Assembly: GCF_000021865.1 (NCBI RefSeq) | Contig: NC_014034.1 | Location: forward strand, 450,001 to 482,000 | Direction: 5' to 3' | Length of the DNA: 32,000 nucleotides | Source of the DNA: Rhodobacter capsulatus SB 1003 | Lineage (GTDB): Bacteria; Pseudomonadota; Alphaproteobacteria; Rhodobacterales; Rhodobacteraceae | In this document: positions 19,128 through 27,835 of the stretch, piece by piece | Layout of the letters: the number at the start of each line of letters is the position of its first letter | Numbering within the stretch: the stretch's first letter is position 1 | Program-made: the position numbers and the translations under genes | Notes under the pieces: model-generated | The model's database searches: none | Seen by the model: the letters and a program-made list of their open reading frames with translations, nothing else | Told to the model about the DNA's origin: nothing

Positions 19128-19889
19128 GTGAACCGACCCAGCAAGATCCATTTCGCGGCCTCGCAGGCCGACAGCGCCCAGGAGGCGCTGGAAGATCTTG
19201 CCGCCCGCTACGGTCAGGCGCCGCTGGTCGAGGCCGATGTGATCGTGGCCTTGGGCGGCGACGGGATGATGCTGCAATGCCTGCATGCGGGATCGGGGCT
19301 GCCGGTCTACGGCATGAACCGCGGCTCGGTCGGCTTCATGATGAACGATTACCGCGTCTTTGATCTGCCCGAGCGGCTGGCCGCGGCGGAAGAGGCGCTG
19401 ATCAACCCGCTGGCGATGCGCGCCAAGACCGCCGATGGCGTGATCCGCGAAGAACTGGCGATCAACGAGGTCTCGCTTCTGCGCGCCGGTCCGCAGGCGG
19501 CGAAGCTGCGGATTTCGGTCAATGGCCGGGTGCGGATGGAGGAGCTGATTTCCGACGGCGCCATCGTCTCGACGCCCGCGGGCTCGACCGCCTATAATTA
19601 TTCCGCGCATGGGCCGATCCTGCCGATCGGGTCCGACGTGCTGGCGCTGACCGCGATTGCACCGTTCCGGCCGCGGCGCTGGCAGGGCGCGATCCTGCCC
19701 AGTTCCGCCACGGTGCGCTTTGACGTGCTTGAGGCCGCGAAGCGCCCGGTGATGGCGGATGCCGACAGCCGCTCGGTCAAGCCCGTCCTTTGGGTCGAGA
19801 TCCGCTCGGAACCGACGATCACGCATCGCATCCTGTTCGACCCCGGTCACGGGCTCGAAGAACGGCTGATGCGGGAACAATTCGCCTAA
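19128..19889 (+). CDS. nadK: NAD kinase
   Basis: GTG start at 19128, with GGAGG 8 nt upstream. Motifs: [13 protein letters not shown] (GGDG), NRGSVGFM, and [23 protein letters not shown]. 253 aa. Its TAA (19887-19889) overlaps the stop codon of the convergent regulator gene. Confidence 0.9.
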   Translation: MNRPSKIHFAASQADSAQEALEDLAARYGQAPLVEADVIVALGGDGMMLQCLHAGSGLPVYGMNRGSVGFMMNDYRVFDLPERLAAAEEALINPLAMRAKTADGVIREELAINEVSLLRAGPQAAKLRISVNGRVRMEELISDGAIVSTPAGSTAYNYSAHGPILPIGSDVLALTAIAPFRPRRWQGAILPSSATVRFDVLEAAKRPVMADADSRSVKPVLWVEIRSEPTITHRILFDPGHGLEERLMREQFA

Positions 19890-21262
19890 TCGGTGCGCCA
19901 GCTTTCGAGCTTGCGATACAGCGTCGAGGGCGAAACGCCCAGATCGGCGGCAGCCTTTTGCACGGCGCCCTCGTGGCGGGTCAGCGCCGCCTCGATCGCC
20001 GCGCGTTCGACCTCGGCCAGCGTCAGGCCGGAGAGGTCGGGGACCGTCGCAAGGCCCGCCCCCGGACGTGACGGGGCGGGGCTGGCCAGCTCGGGCGGCA
20101 GCATTGCCGCGGTCAGTTCCTCGCCCTCGTGCAGCACCGTCACCGCGCGCAGCACATTCGACAGTTCCCGCACATTGCCGGGCCAGGGATAGGCGCGCAG
20201 CAGCGCCATCGCCTCGGGTGTGATCCGGGTGAAGCTGCGCCCCTCGATCGCCGCGAAACGGGCCAGGAAGGTTTCGGCCAGGGGCACGATATCCTCGCCG
20301 CGGCGGCGCAGCGGCGGCATCTGCAGCCCCACCACCTGCAGCCGGTAGAACAGATCCTCGCGCAGCTGCCCCATCCTCACCGCCTCTGCCAAAGGCAGGG
20401 TCGAGGCCGAGAGGATGCGCAAATTCACCCGCCGCGCGGCTTCGGCGCCCAGGGGATGCACAAGCCCGCTTTGCAGGAAGCGCAAGAGCCGCGGTTGCAG
20501 CGTCGGGTGCAGCTCGCCCACCCCGTCCAGAAACAGCGTCCCGCCATCGGCCAGTTCCGCCGCGCCCAGCCGGTCCGACAGCGCGCCGACGAAAGCGCCG
20601 CGGCGATGGCCGAACAGTTCGGATTCCAGCCGGTCGGGCGGGATCGCGCCGCAATCGAGGGTGATGAACGGCCCCTGCGCGCGGGCCGAAAGCCGGTGGA
20701 TCGCCAGCGCCGCCAGCTCCTTGCCGGTGCCGCTTTCGCCGCAGATGCAGACCGGCGCCATCGAGCGGGCGGCGGCGCGGATCCGGTCATAGACCTCGTG
20801 CATCGGCGCGGACTGGCCGATGAAATCGGGCAGCGGGGCCCGGGCGGCGGCGGAATGCGGCCGATGAGCAAGGTTTGCCGCCCGCCGCGCCGCCTCGACC
20901 GCCTCCATCAGCCGCGATTCCGTCACCGGCTTGACCAGATAATCCAGCGCGCCCCTGCGGATCGCCGTCACCGTCCGGTCGGTCGAGCGTTCGGCCGCGA
21001 CCACCACCACCGAGGTCTCGGGCCGCATCTGCAGCAGATCGACGAGCAGGTCGAGCCCGTCGCGGTCGGGCAGCATCAGATCCAGCAGCACCACCGAGAT
21101 CGGATGCACCCGGAACATCTCCAGCCCCTCGGCCGCGGTGCCCGCCGAAACCGTGCGATAGCCCGCGCGGCGCAGGTGCGATTCATAGATCGTCCGCATC
21201 GAGGCGGTGTCTTCGACCAGCAGGATGTCGGGCCCGTCAGGCATCGGCAGCGGCAGGTTCAT
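19886..21262 (-). CDS. NtrC-family (sigma-54 activator-type AAA+) response regulator with atypical GAFVGA and Walker B motifs
   Basis: 458 aa. REC domain (ILLVEDT..., [15 protein letters not shown]). AAA+ domain with Walker [10 protein letters not shown]-finger REDLFYRL and sensor II PGNVREL. C-terminal Fis-type HTH ([16 protein letters not shown]). The L1 loop reads GAFVGA (nt 20582-20599) and Walker B reads LFLDGVGE (nt 20513-20536). The ATG overlaps the stop of the upstream kinase gene as ATGA. Confidence 0.9.
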   Translation of the reverse strand: MNLPLPMPDGPDILLVEDTASMRTIYESHLRRAGYRTVSAGTAAEGLEMFRVHPISVVLLDLMLPDRDGLDLLVDLLQMRPETSVVVVAAERSTDRTVTAIRRGALDYLVKPVTESRLMEAVEAARRAANLAHRPHSAAARAPLPDFIGQSAPMHEVYDRIRAAARSMAPVCICGESGTGKELAALAIHRLSARAQGPFITLDCGAIPPDRLESELFGHRRGAFVGALSDRLGAAELADGGTLFLDGVGELHPTLQPRLLRFLQSGLVHPLGAEAARRVNLRILSASTLPLAEAVRMGQLREDLFYRLQVVGLQMPPLRRRGEDIVPLAETFLARFAAIEGRSFTRITPEAMALLRAYPWPGNVRELSNVLRAVTVLHEGEELTAAMLPPELASPAPSRPGAGLATVPDLSGLTLAEVERAAIEAALTRHEGAVQKAAADLGVSPSTLYRKLESWRTD

Positions 21263-22779
21263 GCGCCGACCTTTTCGAACTGGCGCTGGCGGCGCCCGGC
21301 ATAGGCGATCAGCCGGTCGATCTGCGTCAGCACCGCGCGCCCGATCAGCTGCATCGCCACGGTGTCTTCGCGGCGGGCGGCGGCGCAGAGTTCCTCGGCC
21401 AGCTCCTGCAGCCGCACCGCGCCCACCGCGCCCGCCACCGACAGGAGCACATGGCTGTCCGACCGCACGACGGCCAGATTGGGCGCCGAGAGCCCCGCCA
21501 CCAGCCCGCGTTCGACCCGGCTCAGATCAGAGATCAGCCGGCTCAGCAATTCCTGTGCCGCCTCCGCACCGGCGATGCCCAGAAGCGCTTCGAACACCGC
21601 CTCGTCGACGATCGGCGGGCAGGGCCGGTGGCCCTCGCCATCATGCCGTTCCAGCGCCTGGGTGATCGCCTCGGCCAGCGGTTCGATCGCCGTCATCGGC
21701 TTCGAGACGATCGCATCCGCCCCGGCGGCGACGATCGCCTCGCGGTTGGCGCGCAGCACATAGGCGGTGCAGACCACGACCGGAATCGCGCTGTGCCGCC
21801 CGCCGCTGGCGCGCAGGGTGCGGATCAGATCAAGCCCGGAGAGCCGCGGCATCTCGGCATCGATCACCGCCAGATCGTAACTGCCATTGTCGAGCATCTC
21901 GAGCGCCTCGACCCCGTCGGCGGCACTGTCGCAATGCGCCCCCATCGCCGACAGCATGTGCCCCAGAACCGCCTGATTGAGCGCGCTGTCCTCGGCCACC
22001 AGAACCCGCATCCGGCTCAGATCGGGCAGGGGGGTGTCGATCGCCATCTCGGGCGGCATCAGCCCCGCCAGCGGCAAGGACAGCGCCACGCAGGCGCCGC
22101 CCTCGGCCCGGTTCGAGACCTCGATCCGGCCCTCGAGCCGTCGCGCCATGTCGCGCGAGATGAAGAGGCCCAGCCCGTTGCCCGCCTTGCCCGGAACCTC
22201 GCCCCGCGCCCCCTGCCGGAACAGCCGTCCGCGCAGATCCGGATCGAAGCCCGGCCCGTCATCGAGCACGGAAAACAGAAGCCGGGTCTCGGCCTCGACC
22301 GTCAGCGCCAGCCGCACCGCGCCCTGATCGGTGTATTTCACCGCATTCGACAGCATGTTCGACAGAACCCGTTCCAGCGCGATCCGGTCAAGCCGCACCA
22401 GCACCGGCACGTCGGGCGCCATGGCAACGTGAAAGCCGAGCCCCTTTTCCTGCGCCCGCCCGGTCCAGCGCATTTCCAGATCATAAAGCAGCCGCGCCAG
22501 CTGCACGGTCTGGCGCAGCGGGCCCACGGCCTGATCGGTGACGATCTCGAAGCCTTCCTCGATCAGCCGGGCCATGTCCTCGCCCGCGGCTCGCATCCGT
22601 TCGAATTGCAGCCGCATGCCGGGGCTCAGATCCTCGTCGGCCAGAAGATGCAGCCCGCCCAGAATGTCGGAAACAGCCGCGCGCAGATCATGCCCAAGCA
22701 GCATGATGCGCGCAATCTGAGCCTTGTTGTCCGAGGCGTCGCGGCGGGCGCCATCGGAGGGCAGACCAATTTCATTCAT
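21259..22779 (-). CDS. Hybrid histidine kinase without an input domain: DHp(HisKA)-HATPase-REC-HPt
   Basis: ORF 21259..23259 trimmed to ATG at comp. 22777-22779 (MNEIGLPSDG...). H-box IMLLGHDLRAAVSDILG at residue 30; N-box LSNAVKYT; G1 DDGPGF; G2 GNGLGL. REC domain (RVLVAEDSALNQ...LAVIDAEMPRLSG...SKP). C-terminal HPt-like helix SDSHVLLSVAGAVGA. No TM segment, PAS or GAF domain precedes the H-box. 506 aa. Confidence 0.85.
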   Translation of the reverse strand: MNEIGLPSDGARRDASDNKAQIARIMLLGHDLRAAVSDILGGLHLLADEDLSPGMRLQFERMRAAGEDMARLIEEGFEIVTDQAVGPLRQTVQLARLLYDLEMRWTGRAQEKGLGFHVAMAPDVPVLVRLDRIALERVLSNMLSNAVKYTDQGAVRLALTVEAETRLLFSVLDDGPGFDPDLRGRLFRQGARGEVPGKAGNGLGLFISRDMARRLEGRIEVSNRAEGGACVALSLPLAGLMPPEMAIDTPLPDLSRMRVLVAEDSALNQAVLGHMLSAMGAHCDSAADGVEALEMLDNGSYDLAVIDAEMPRLSGLDLIRTLRASGGRHSAIPVVVCTAYVLRANREAIVAAGADAIVSKPMTAIEPLAEAITQALERHDGEGHRPCPPIVDEAVFEALLGIAGAEAAQELLSRLISDLSRVERGLVAGLSAPNLAVVRSDSHVLLSVAGAVGAVRLQELAEELCAAARREDTVAMQLIGRAVLTQIDRLIAYAGRRQRQFEKVGA

Positions 22780-22887
22780 GACGATACCCCGACCGGCCCA
22801 TCTTCCCGCCCGGCGGTCGCAAATCAAGTCCCGAGACTGCGGGGCACGCGAAAGAAGCCGAAAAACACACGTTTTACAAGAATTTGA

Positions 22888-22915
22888 GCGGGGCCCCGCA
22901 CGCTGGGGGCCCCGC
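22888..22915 (-). terminator. Candidate terminator after the prpE-like gene
   Basis: GCGGGGCCCC (22888-22897) pairs with GGGGCCCCGC (22906-22915), with an 8-nt loop, 10 nt after the stop. It is followed on the minus strand by a T-rich stretch TCAAATTCTTGTAAAACGTGTGTTTTTC. Confidence 0.45.
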
Positions 22916-22925
22916 CGGTCCGATG

Positions 22926-24821
22926 TCAGGCCGCCTTTTCGGGGTAGCCGATCGCGGTCAGCGCCGCGCTGATCTCGTCGAGAATCGCCGGGTCGTCGAT
23001 CGTGGCGGGCATCTTGTACTCGAGCCCGTCGGCGATCTTCGCCATCGTGCCGCGCAGGATCTTGCCCGAGCGGGTCTTCGGCAGCCGGTCGACGACGACC
23101 GCCAGCTTGAAGGCCGCGACCGGGCCGATCTGGTCGCGCACCAGCCGCACGCATTCCTTGATCACCTCGGCATGCGGGCGGGTGCAGCCTTTGGTCAGGC
23201 ACAGGAACCCCATCGGCAGCTGGCCCTTGAGTTCGTCGGCCACGCCGATGACGGCGCATTCGGCGACATCCTTGTGCGAGGCCAGCACCTCTTCCATCGC
23301 CCCGGTCGAGAGCCGGTGCCCCGCGACGTTGATCACGTCATCGGTGCGGGCCATGATGTAGACATAGCCGTCCTCGTCGATATAGCCCGCGTCGCCGGTT
23401 TCATAGTAACCCGGGAAATGCGACAGGTAGCTCTTCTTGAAGCGGTCGTCGGCATTCCACAGCGTCGGCAGCGTGCCGGGCGGCAAGGGCAGCTTGATCG
23501 CGATGGCGCCCAGCGTGCCCGGCGCGACCGGATGGCCGCCCTCGTCCAGCACCTGCACGTCATAGCCCGGCATCGGCTTCGTCGGCGAGCCGACCTTGAC
23601 CGGCAGAAGTTCGATCCCGAGCGGGTTGCCCGCAATCGCCCAGCCGGTTTCGGTCTGCCACCAGTGGTCGATCACCGGCACGCCCAGATGTTCCTGCGCC
23701 CATTTCACCGTCTCCGGATCGGCGCGTTCGCCCGCAAGGAACAGCGCCTGCATCTCGTGCAGCTTGTAGCGCTTGATATATTCGCCGTTCGGATCCTCGC
23801 GGCGGATCGCCCGCAGCGCGGTCGGCGCGGTGAAGAAGGACTTGATGCGGTGGTTCTGGATGATGCGCCAGAACACGCCCGGATGCGGCGTGCCCACGGG
23901 CTTGCCTTCAAAGACCACGGTCGTCGCCCCGGCCAGCAGCGGCGCGTAGCAGATATAGCTGTGGCCGACGACCCAACCCACGTCCGAGGCGGCCCAGAAG
24001 CGGTCCCCGGCCTCGATGTTGTAGATCGCCTTCATCGACCAGTTCAGCGCCACCAGATGGCCCGCGGTCGGCCGCACGACGCCCTTGGGCGCCCCGGTCG
24101 TGCCCGAGGTGTAAAGGATATAGGCCGGGTGGTTGCCCTCGACCGGGACGCATTCGGCCGGTTTCACGCCATACTGGAACCCGTGCCAGCTGAAGTCGCG
24201 GCCCTCGACCAGCTTTGCAACCTCTTGTTCGCGCTGGAAGACGACGCAGAACTCGGGCTTGTGGCTGGCCTGTTCGATGGCGGCATCCAGAAGCGGCTTG
24301 TAATGCACGACGCGGCCCGGTTCGAGACCGCAGGACGCCGCGATGATCGCTTTCGGCGTGCAGTCGTCGATCCGCACCGCAAGTTCATGCGCCGCGAAGC
24401 CGCCAAAGACGACCGAATGGATCGCGCCCAGACGCGCGCAGGCCAGCATCGCTTCCAGCGCCTCGGGGATCATCGGCATGTAGATGATGACACGGTCGCC
24501 CTTTTCCACGCCGCGCATGCGCAGCGCGCCCGCCAGGCTCGACACGCGGGCCTGCAGTTCCTTGTAGGTGATGCCCTTGGTCGAATGGGTGATCGGGCTT
24601 TCGTGCATGATCGCGATCTGATCGCCGCGACCGGCCAGAACATGGCGGTCCACCGCGTTGAAGCAGGTGTTCACCATCGCATCGGCGAACCATTCCCCGG
24701 CCGGACCCTGCTCGAAATAGGCCTTGGAGGGGCTTTGCACCCAGTCGATGCCCTTGGCCGCATCCATCCAGAACCCTTCCGGGTCCGCCTGCCACGCGGA
24801 ATAGACTTCCTTGTATCCCAT
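22926..24821 (-). CDS. prpE: Propionate--CoA ligase (propionyl-CoA synthetase), AMP-forming
   Basis: ORF 22926..24845 trimmed to ATG at comp. 24819-24821, with GGAGGAGGAATACC immediately upstream. From memory it is collinear with E. coli PrpE: IYMPMIPEALEAMLACARLGAIHSVVFGGFA, ILYTSGTTGAPKGV, ASDVGWVVGHSYICYAPLLAG, DHWWQTETGW, RTDDVINVAGHRLSTG, LPKTRSGKILR, IDDPAIL. 631 aa. Confidence 0.85.
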   Translation of the reverse strand: MGYKEVYSAWQADPEGFWMDAAKGIDWVQSPSKAYFEQGPAGEWFADAMVNTCFNAVDRHVLAGRGDQIAIMHESPITHSTKGITYKELQARVSSLAGALRMRGVEKGDRVIIYMPMIPEALEAMLACARLGAIHSVVFGGFAAHELAVRIDDCTPKAIIAASCGLEPGRVVHYKPLLDAAIEQASHKPEFCVVFQREQEVAKLVEGRDFSWHGFQYGVKPAECVPVEGNHPAYILYTSGTTGAPKGVVRPTAGHLVALNWSMKAIYNIEAGDRFWAASDVGWVVGHSYICYAPLLAGATTVVFEGKPVGTPHPGVFWRIIQNHRIKSFFTAPTALRAIRREDPNGEYIKRYKLHEMQALFLAGERADPETVKWAQEHLGVPVIDHWWQTETGWAIAGNPLGIELLPVKVGSPTKPMPGYDVQVLDEGGHPVAPGTLGAIAIKLPLPPGTLPTLWNADDRFKKSYLSHFPGYYETGDAGYIDEDGYVYIMARTDDVINVAGHRLSTGAMEEVLASHKDVAECAVIGVADELKGQLPMGFLCLTKGCTRPHAEVIKECVRLVRDQIGPVAAFKLAVVVDRLPKTRSGKILRGTMAKIADGLEYKMPATIDDPAILDEISAALTAIGYPEKAA

Positions 24822-24838
24822 GGTATTCCTCCTCCAAA

Positions 24839-25022
24839 CTTGCAAGCTTGTTACGCAGGCGGAAAGGTTTGTGCAAGAATGTTACCGCCGCAGCTGCGCG
24901 GTTGGCCCGAAAATTTGCAGAATGCGGCGGGGTTTCCGCCGCAAACTTTTGCAAATGGCGTGCATTTTTGAAGGATGCGGCGAAAGCGAAGCGCGTTTTG
25001 CAAATTTGCTTCACTTTGCAGG
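24839..25022. promoter_or_regulatory. Cluster of TTTGCAAA-type palindromic boxes (candidate ScfR/PccR-type operator) between maeB and prpE
   Basis: Two perfect TTTGCAAA octamers at 24948-24955 and 24997-25004, each inside an identical 10-mer TTTTGCAAAT. Degenerate copies: CTTGCAAG 24839-24846, TGTGCAAG 24870-24877, TTTGCAGA 24914-24921, TTTGCTTC 25005-25012, TTTGCAGG 25015-25022. This is the most AT-rich stretch I saw in a roughly two-thirds G+C window. Confidence 0.35.
24924..24942 (-). terminator. Possible terminator hairpin downstream of maeB
   Basis: GCGGCGG-ggttt-CCGCCGC: 7-bp stem, 5-nt loop, about 80 nt after the maeB stop. It is followed on the minus strand by ATTCTGCAAATTTTC. Confidence 0.3.
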
Positions 25023-25023
25023 T

Positions 25024-27306
25024 TCAGCCGTAGGCGGCCACCGGGGTTCCGGCCAGCACGGCGACGTTCAAAAGCCCCCGCGTGGTGATCGAGGGGGTCA
25101 CGATATGCGCCCGGTTCCCCATCCCCATCAGAATCGGCCCCACCTCCAACCCGTTCGCCTTCGCCTTCAGAATGTTGCGCACCCCCGAGGCGGCATCGGT
25201 ATTGGCAAAGACGAGCACATTCGCCGCGCCGTCGAGCCGCGATTCGGGCAAGAGCCGGGCGCGAATCTGCGGCTCCAGCGCGGCGTCGATATGCATCTCG
25301 CCCTCGTAGACGAAATCCGGTTCGCGGGCGTCAAGCCGCTCCAGCGCCGCGCGCATCCGCCGACCGGAATCGGTGTCAAGGTTGCCGAACTGGCTGTGCG
25401 AGCACAAAGCCACCTTCGGCGCCAGACCGAAGCGGCGCACATGCCGCGCCGCCGCCATCACCGTCGTGGTGATCTCCTCGGGCGTCGGTTCGTGATGCAC
25501 ATGGGTGTCGGCGATGAACAAGGGCCCGTCTTCCAGGATCATCAGGCTGAGCGCGCCGACGGGGTGCAGCCCGCCCCGCGCCAGCACCTGCCGGACATAG
25601 TTCAGGTGCCACAGATATTGCCCGAAGGTGCCGCAGATCATGCTGTCGGCATCGCCCTGATGCACCATGATCGACGCGATCGCGGTGGTGTTGGTGCGCA
25701 GGATCGCCCGGGCCAGATCGGGCGTCACGCCGCGCCGCGCCATCAGGCCGAAATAGGTCTCCCAATAGCTGCGATAGCGGGGGTCGTGTTCGGGGTTCAC
25801 CACCTCGAAATCGCGGCCGGGCACCAGCGACAGCCCCGCCCGTTCCGCCCGCCGCTCGATCACCTCGGGGCGGCCGATCAGGATCGGCTTCACCGTGGTT
25901 TCCTCGATCATCGCCTGGGCCGCGCGCAGCACGCGCTCATCCTCGCCCTCGGCAAAGACGACGCGGCGGGCGGCGGTGGCGGCGGCCTCGAAGACCGGCC
26001 GCATCAGCAGCGACGAACGCACGACCGAGCCTTCGAGCTTGCGCCGGTAGCCGTCCAGGTCCGCAATCGGCCGGGTGGCGACGCCGGTCTCCATCGCGGC
26101 CTTGGCGACGGCGGTGGAGACGGTGGCGATCAGGCGCGGGTCGAAGGGTTTCGGGATCAGGTAATCCGGGCCGAAAGTCAGCTTTTCGCCGCGATAGGCG
26201 GCGGCGGCTTCGGCGGCGGTGGTGGCGCGGGCCAAGGCCGCGATCCCTTCGATGCAGGCGAGCTGCATCTCGTCATTGATCGTTGTCGCCCCCACATCCA
26301 GCGCACCGCGGAAGATGAAGGGGAAGCACAGGACGTTGTTGACCTGATTGGGAAAATCGCTGCGGCCGGTGGCGATGATCGCCTCGGGCGCGACGGATCG
26401 CACGGCCTCGGGCAGGATTTCCGGCGTCGGATTGGCCAGCGCAAAGACGATCGGCCGGGCCGCCATCCGCGCCACGTGATCGGGGGTCAGCACGCCCGGA
26501 CCGGAGAGGCCCAGGAACAGATCCGCCCCCTCGATCACGTCATCCAGCGTCCGCTTTGTCGTGGGCTGCGCGTAAGCGGCCTTGAGCGGGTTCATGTCGA
26601 CCTCGCGGCCCTGATAGACCAGCCCGTGAATGTCGCACAGCCAGATGTTTTCGCGCCGCACGCCCAGTTTCACCAGCATGTTCAGACAGGCGATCCCCGC
26701 CGCGCCGCCGCCGGTCGAGACGATCTTGATCTGATCGAAGCGCTTGCCCGCGATCCGCAGCGCATTCGTCGCCGCCGCGCCGACGACAATCGCCGTGCCG
26801 TGCTGGTCGTCGTGAAAGACCGGGATCTTCATCCGCTCGCGGCAGATCCGTTCCACGATGAAACAATCGGGGGCTTTGATGTCCTCAAGGTTGATGGCGC
26901 CGAAGCTGGGTTCCAGCGCGCAGACCAGATCGGCCAGCTTTTCCGGGTCGGGCTGGTTCACCTCGATGTCGAAGGCGTCGATATTGGCGAATTTCTTGAA
27001 CAGGACCGCCTTGCCCTCCATCACCGGCTTGGCGGCCAAGGGCCCGATATTGCCCAGACCCAGAACGGCGGTGCCGTTCGTCACCACGGCGACCAGATTG
27101 CCCCGGGCGGTATAGCGCGCGGCTTCCGCCGGATCGGCCTTGATTTCAAGGCAGGCCTCGGCCACGCCCGGCGAATAGGCGCGGCTCAGGTCCAGCCCGT
27201 TGGCCAAGGGCTTCGTGGCGCGGATTTCCAGCTTTCCGGGCTTCGGAAATTCGTGGTAATCCAGCGCCGGATGGCGTGCGGACGGGGGCCGGTCGGTGGT
27301 CATCAT
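25024..27306 (-). CDS. maeB: NADP-dependent malic enzyme (malic enzyme domain plus C-terminal phosphotransacetylase-like domain)
   Basis: ORF 25024..27444 trimmed to the ATGATG at comp. 27301-27306. [52 protein letters not shown]...[42 protein letters not shown]... is the MaeB signature. The C-terminal roughly 330 aa are PTA-like. About 760 aa. Confidence 0.93.
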   Translation of the reverse strand: MMTTDRPPSARHPALDYHEFPKPGKLEIRATKPLANGLDLSRAYSPGVAEACLEIKADPAEAARYTARGNLVAVVTNGTAVLGLGNIGPLAAKPVMEGKAVLFKKFANIDAFDIEVNQPDPEKLADLVCALEPSFGAINLEDIKAPDCFIVERICRERMKIPVFHDDQHGTAIVVGAAATNALRIAGKRFDQIKIVSTGGGAAGIACLNMLVKLGVRRENIWLCDIHGLVYQGREVDMNPLKAAYAQPTTKRTLDDVIEGADLFLGLSGPGVLTPDHVARMAARPIVFALANPTPEILPEAVRSVAPEAIIATGRSDFPNQVNNVLCFPFIFRGALDVGATTINDEMQLACIEGIAALARATTAAEAAAAYRGEKLTFGPDYLIPKPFDPRLIATVSTAVAKAAMETGVATRPIADLDGYRRKLEGSVVRSSLLMRPVFEAAATAARRVVFAEGEDERVLRAAQAMIEETTVKPILIGRPEVIERRAERAGLSLVPGRDFEVVNPEHDPRYRSYWETYFGLMARRGVTPDLARAILRTNTTAIASIMVHQGDADSMICGTFGQYLWHLNYVRQVLARGGLHPVGALSLMILEDGPLFIADTHVHHEPTPEEITTTVMAAARHVRRFGLAPKVALCSHSQFGNLDTDSGRRMRAALERLDAREPDFVYEGEMHIDAALEPQIRARLLPESRLDGAANVLVFANTDAASGVRNILKAKANGLEVGPILMGMGNRAHIVTPSITTRGLLNVAVLAGTPVAAYG

Positions 27307-27442
27307 GCCTCTCCCTGAAGATGGTTGAGCCTTAAACCAATTCCAGATCGCCGGAAAGCGTTGATAGCGCAAGCAGGTCCCCCCCTTGCGCTGCCGCCCG
27401 GCGCGGCGCAGGATCGGGCGGAAACCCATGCCGGAGGCGGAC

Positions 27443-27835
27443 ATGTCCCTGCTCGATGCCGCGCGCGACGTGCGCGAGAATGCCTATGCGCCCTATTCGA
27501 AATTCAAGGTGGGGGCGGCGGTGCGCGGGGCCTCGGGCACGATTTACCGCGGCGTGAACGTGGAAAATGTGGCTTACCCCGAGGGCACCTGTGCCGAGGC
27601 GGGCGCCATTGCGGCGATGGTGGCGGCGGGCGAGACCGAACTGGTCGAGGTCGCGGTGATCGCCGACAGCCCCGCGCCGGTGCCGCCCTGCGGCGGCTGC
27701 CGGCAGAAGCTGGCCGAATTCGGGCGGGCCGACGTGCCGGTGACGCTGGCCACCACCGCGGGGGCGCGGCTTGACACCACGATCGGCGATCTGCTGCCGG
27801 GCCGGTTCGATGCCAGCCACATGGACAATGTCTGA
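27443..27835 (+). CDS. cdd: Cytidine deaminase
   Basis: ORF 27386..27835 trimmed to ATG 27443, with GGAGG 5 nt upstream; ATG 27428 is an alternative. MSLLDAARDVRENAYAPYSKFKVGAAV...NVENVAYPEGTCAEAGAI...PCGGCRQKLAEF carries the CAE and PCGxCRQ zinc motifs. 130 aa. Confidence 0.88.
   Translation: MSLLDAARDVRENAYAPYSKFKVGAAVRGASGTIYRGVNVENVAYPEGTCAEAGAIAAMVAAGETELVEVAVIADSPAPVPPCGGCRQKLAEFGRADVPVTLATTAGARLDTTIGDLLPGRFDASHMDNV

Noticed and set aside
17640-20654. 1004-aa minus-strand ORF
   Set aside because: Only the last 430 codons (from ATG at comp. 18930-18932) are glyA. The upstream 570 codons are read-through across the glyA/nadK spacer, the antisense of nadK and an alternate (out-of-frame) reading of the minus-strand regulator gene. 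They give Arg/Gly/Ala/Pro-rich nonsense.
24872-24887. GG-N10-GC element with correct spacing on the minus strand about 50 nt upstream of prpE (CGGTAACATTCTTGCA)
   Set aside because: The spacing and the -12 TTGCA fit a sigma-54 promoter, and E. coli prp genes are sigma-54 dependent. However, the -24 half is CGGTAA rather than TGGCAC, with only GG and one A matching. The TTGCA is also one of the repeated TTGCAA-type boxes. This is too weak to call without a transcription start or rpoN data.
24903-24919. Sigma-54-like TTGGCCC-N-TTTGCA on the plus strand in the maeB-prpE spacer
   Set aside because: The GG to GC spacing is 13 nt (G24904 to G24917) rather than the strict 12 of TGGCAC-N5-TTGC. The element also points into the 3' end of maeB, with no plus-strand gene to serve.
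22884-24971. 695-aa plus-strand ORF
   Set aside because: Antisense to the prpE-like gene, with the typical high-GC shadow composition and no recognisable motifs. The minus strand carries clear AMP-forming ligase motifs.
24848-25033. 61-aa Lys/Arg-rich plus-strand ORF in the maeB-prpE spacer
   Set aside because: It lies in the AT-rich regulatory spacer, has no SD, and its basic composition simply reflects the AAA/TTT-rich boxes. It also overlaps the maeB stop.
24811-27318. 835-aa plus-strand ORF
   Set aside because: Antisense to maeB. Same reasoning as for the other shadow ORFs.
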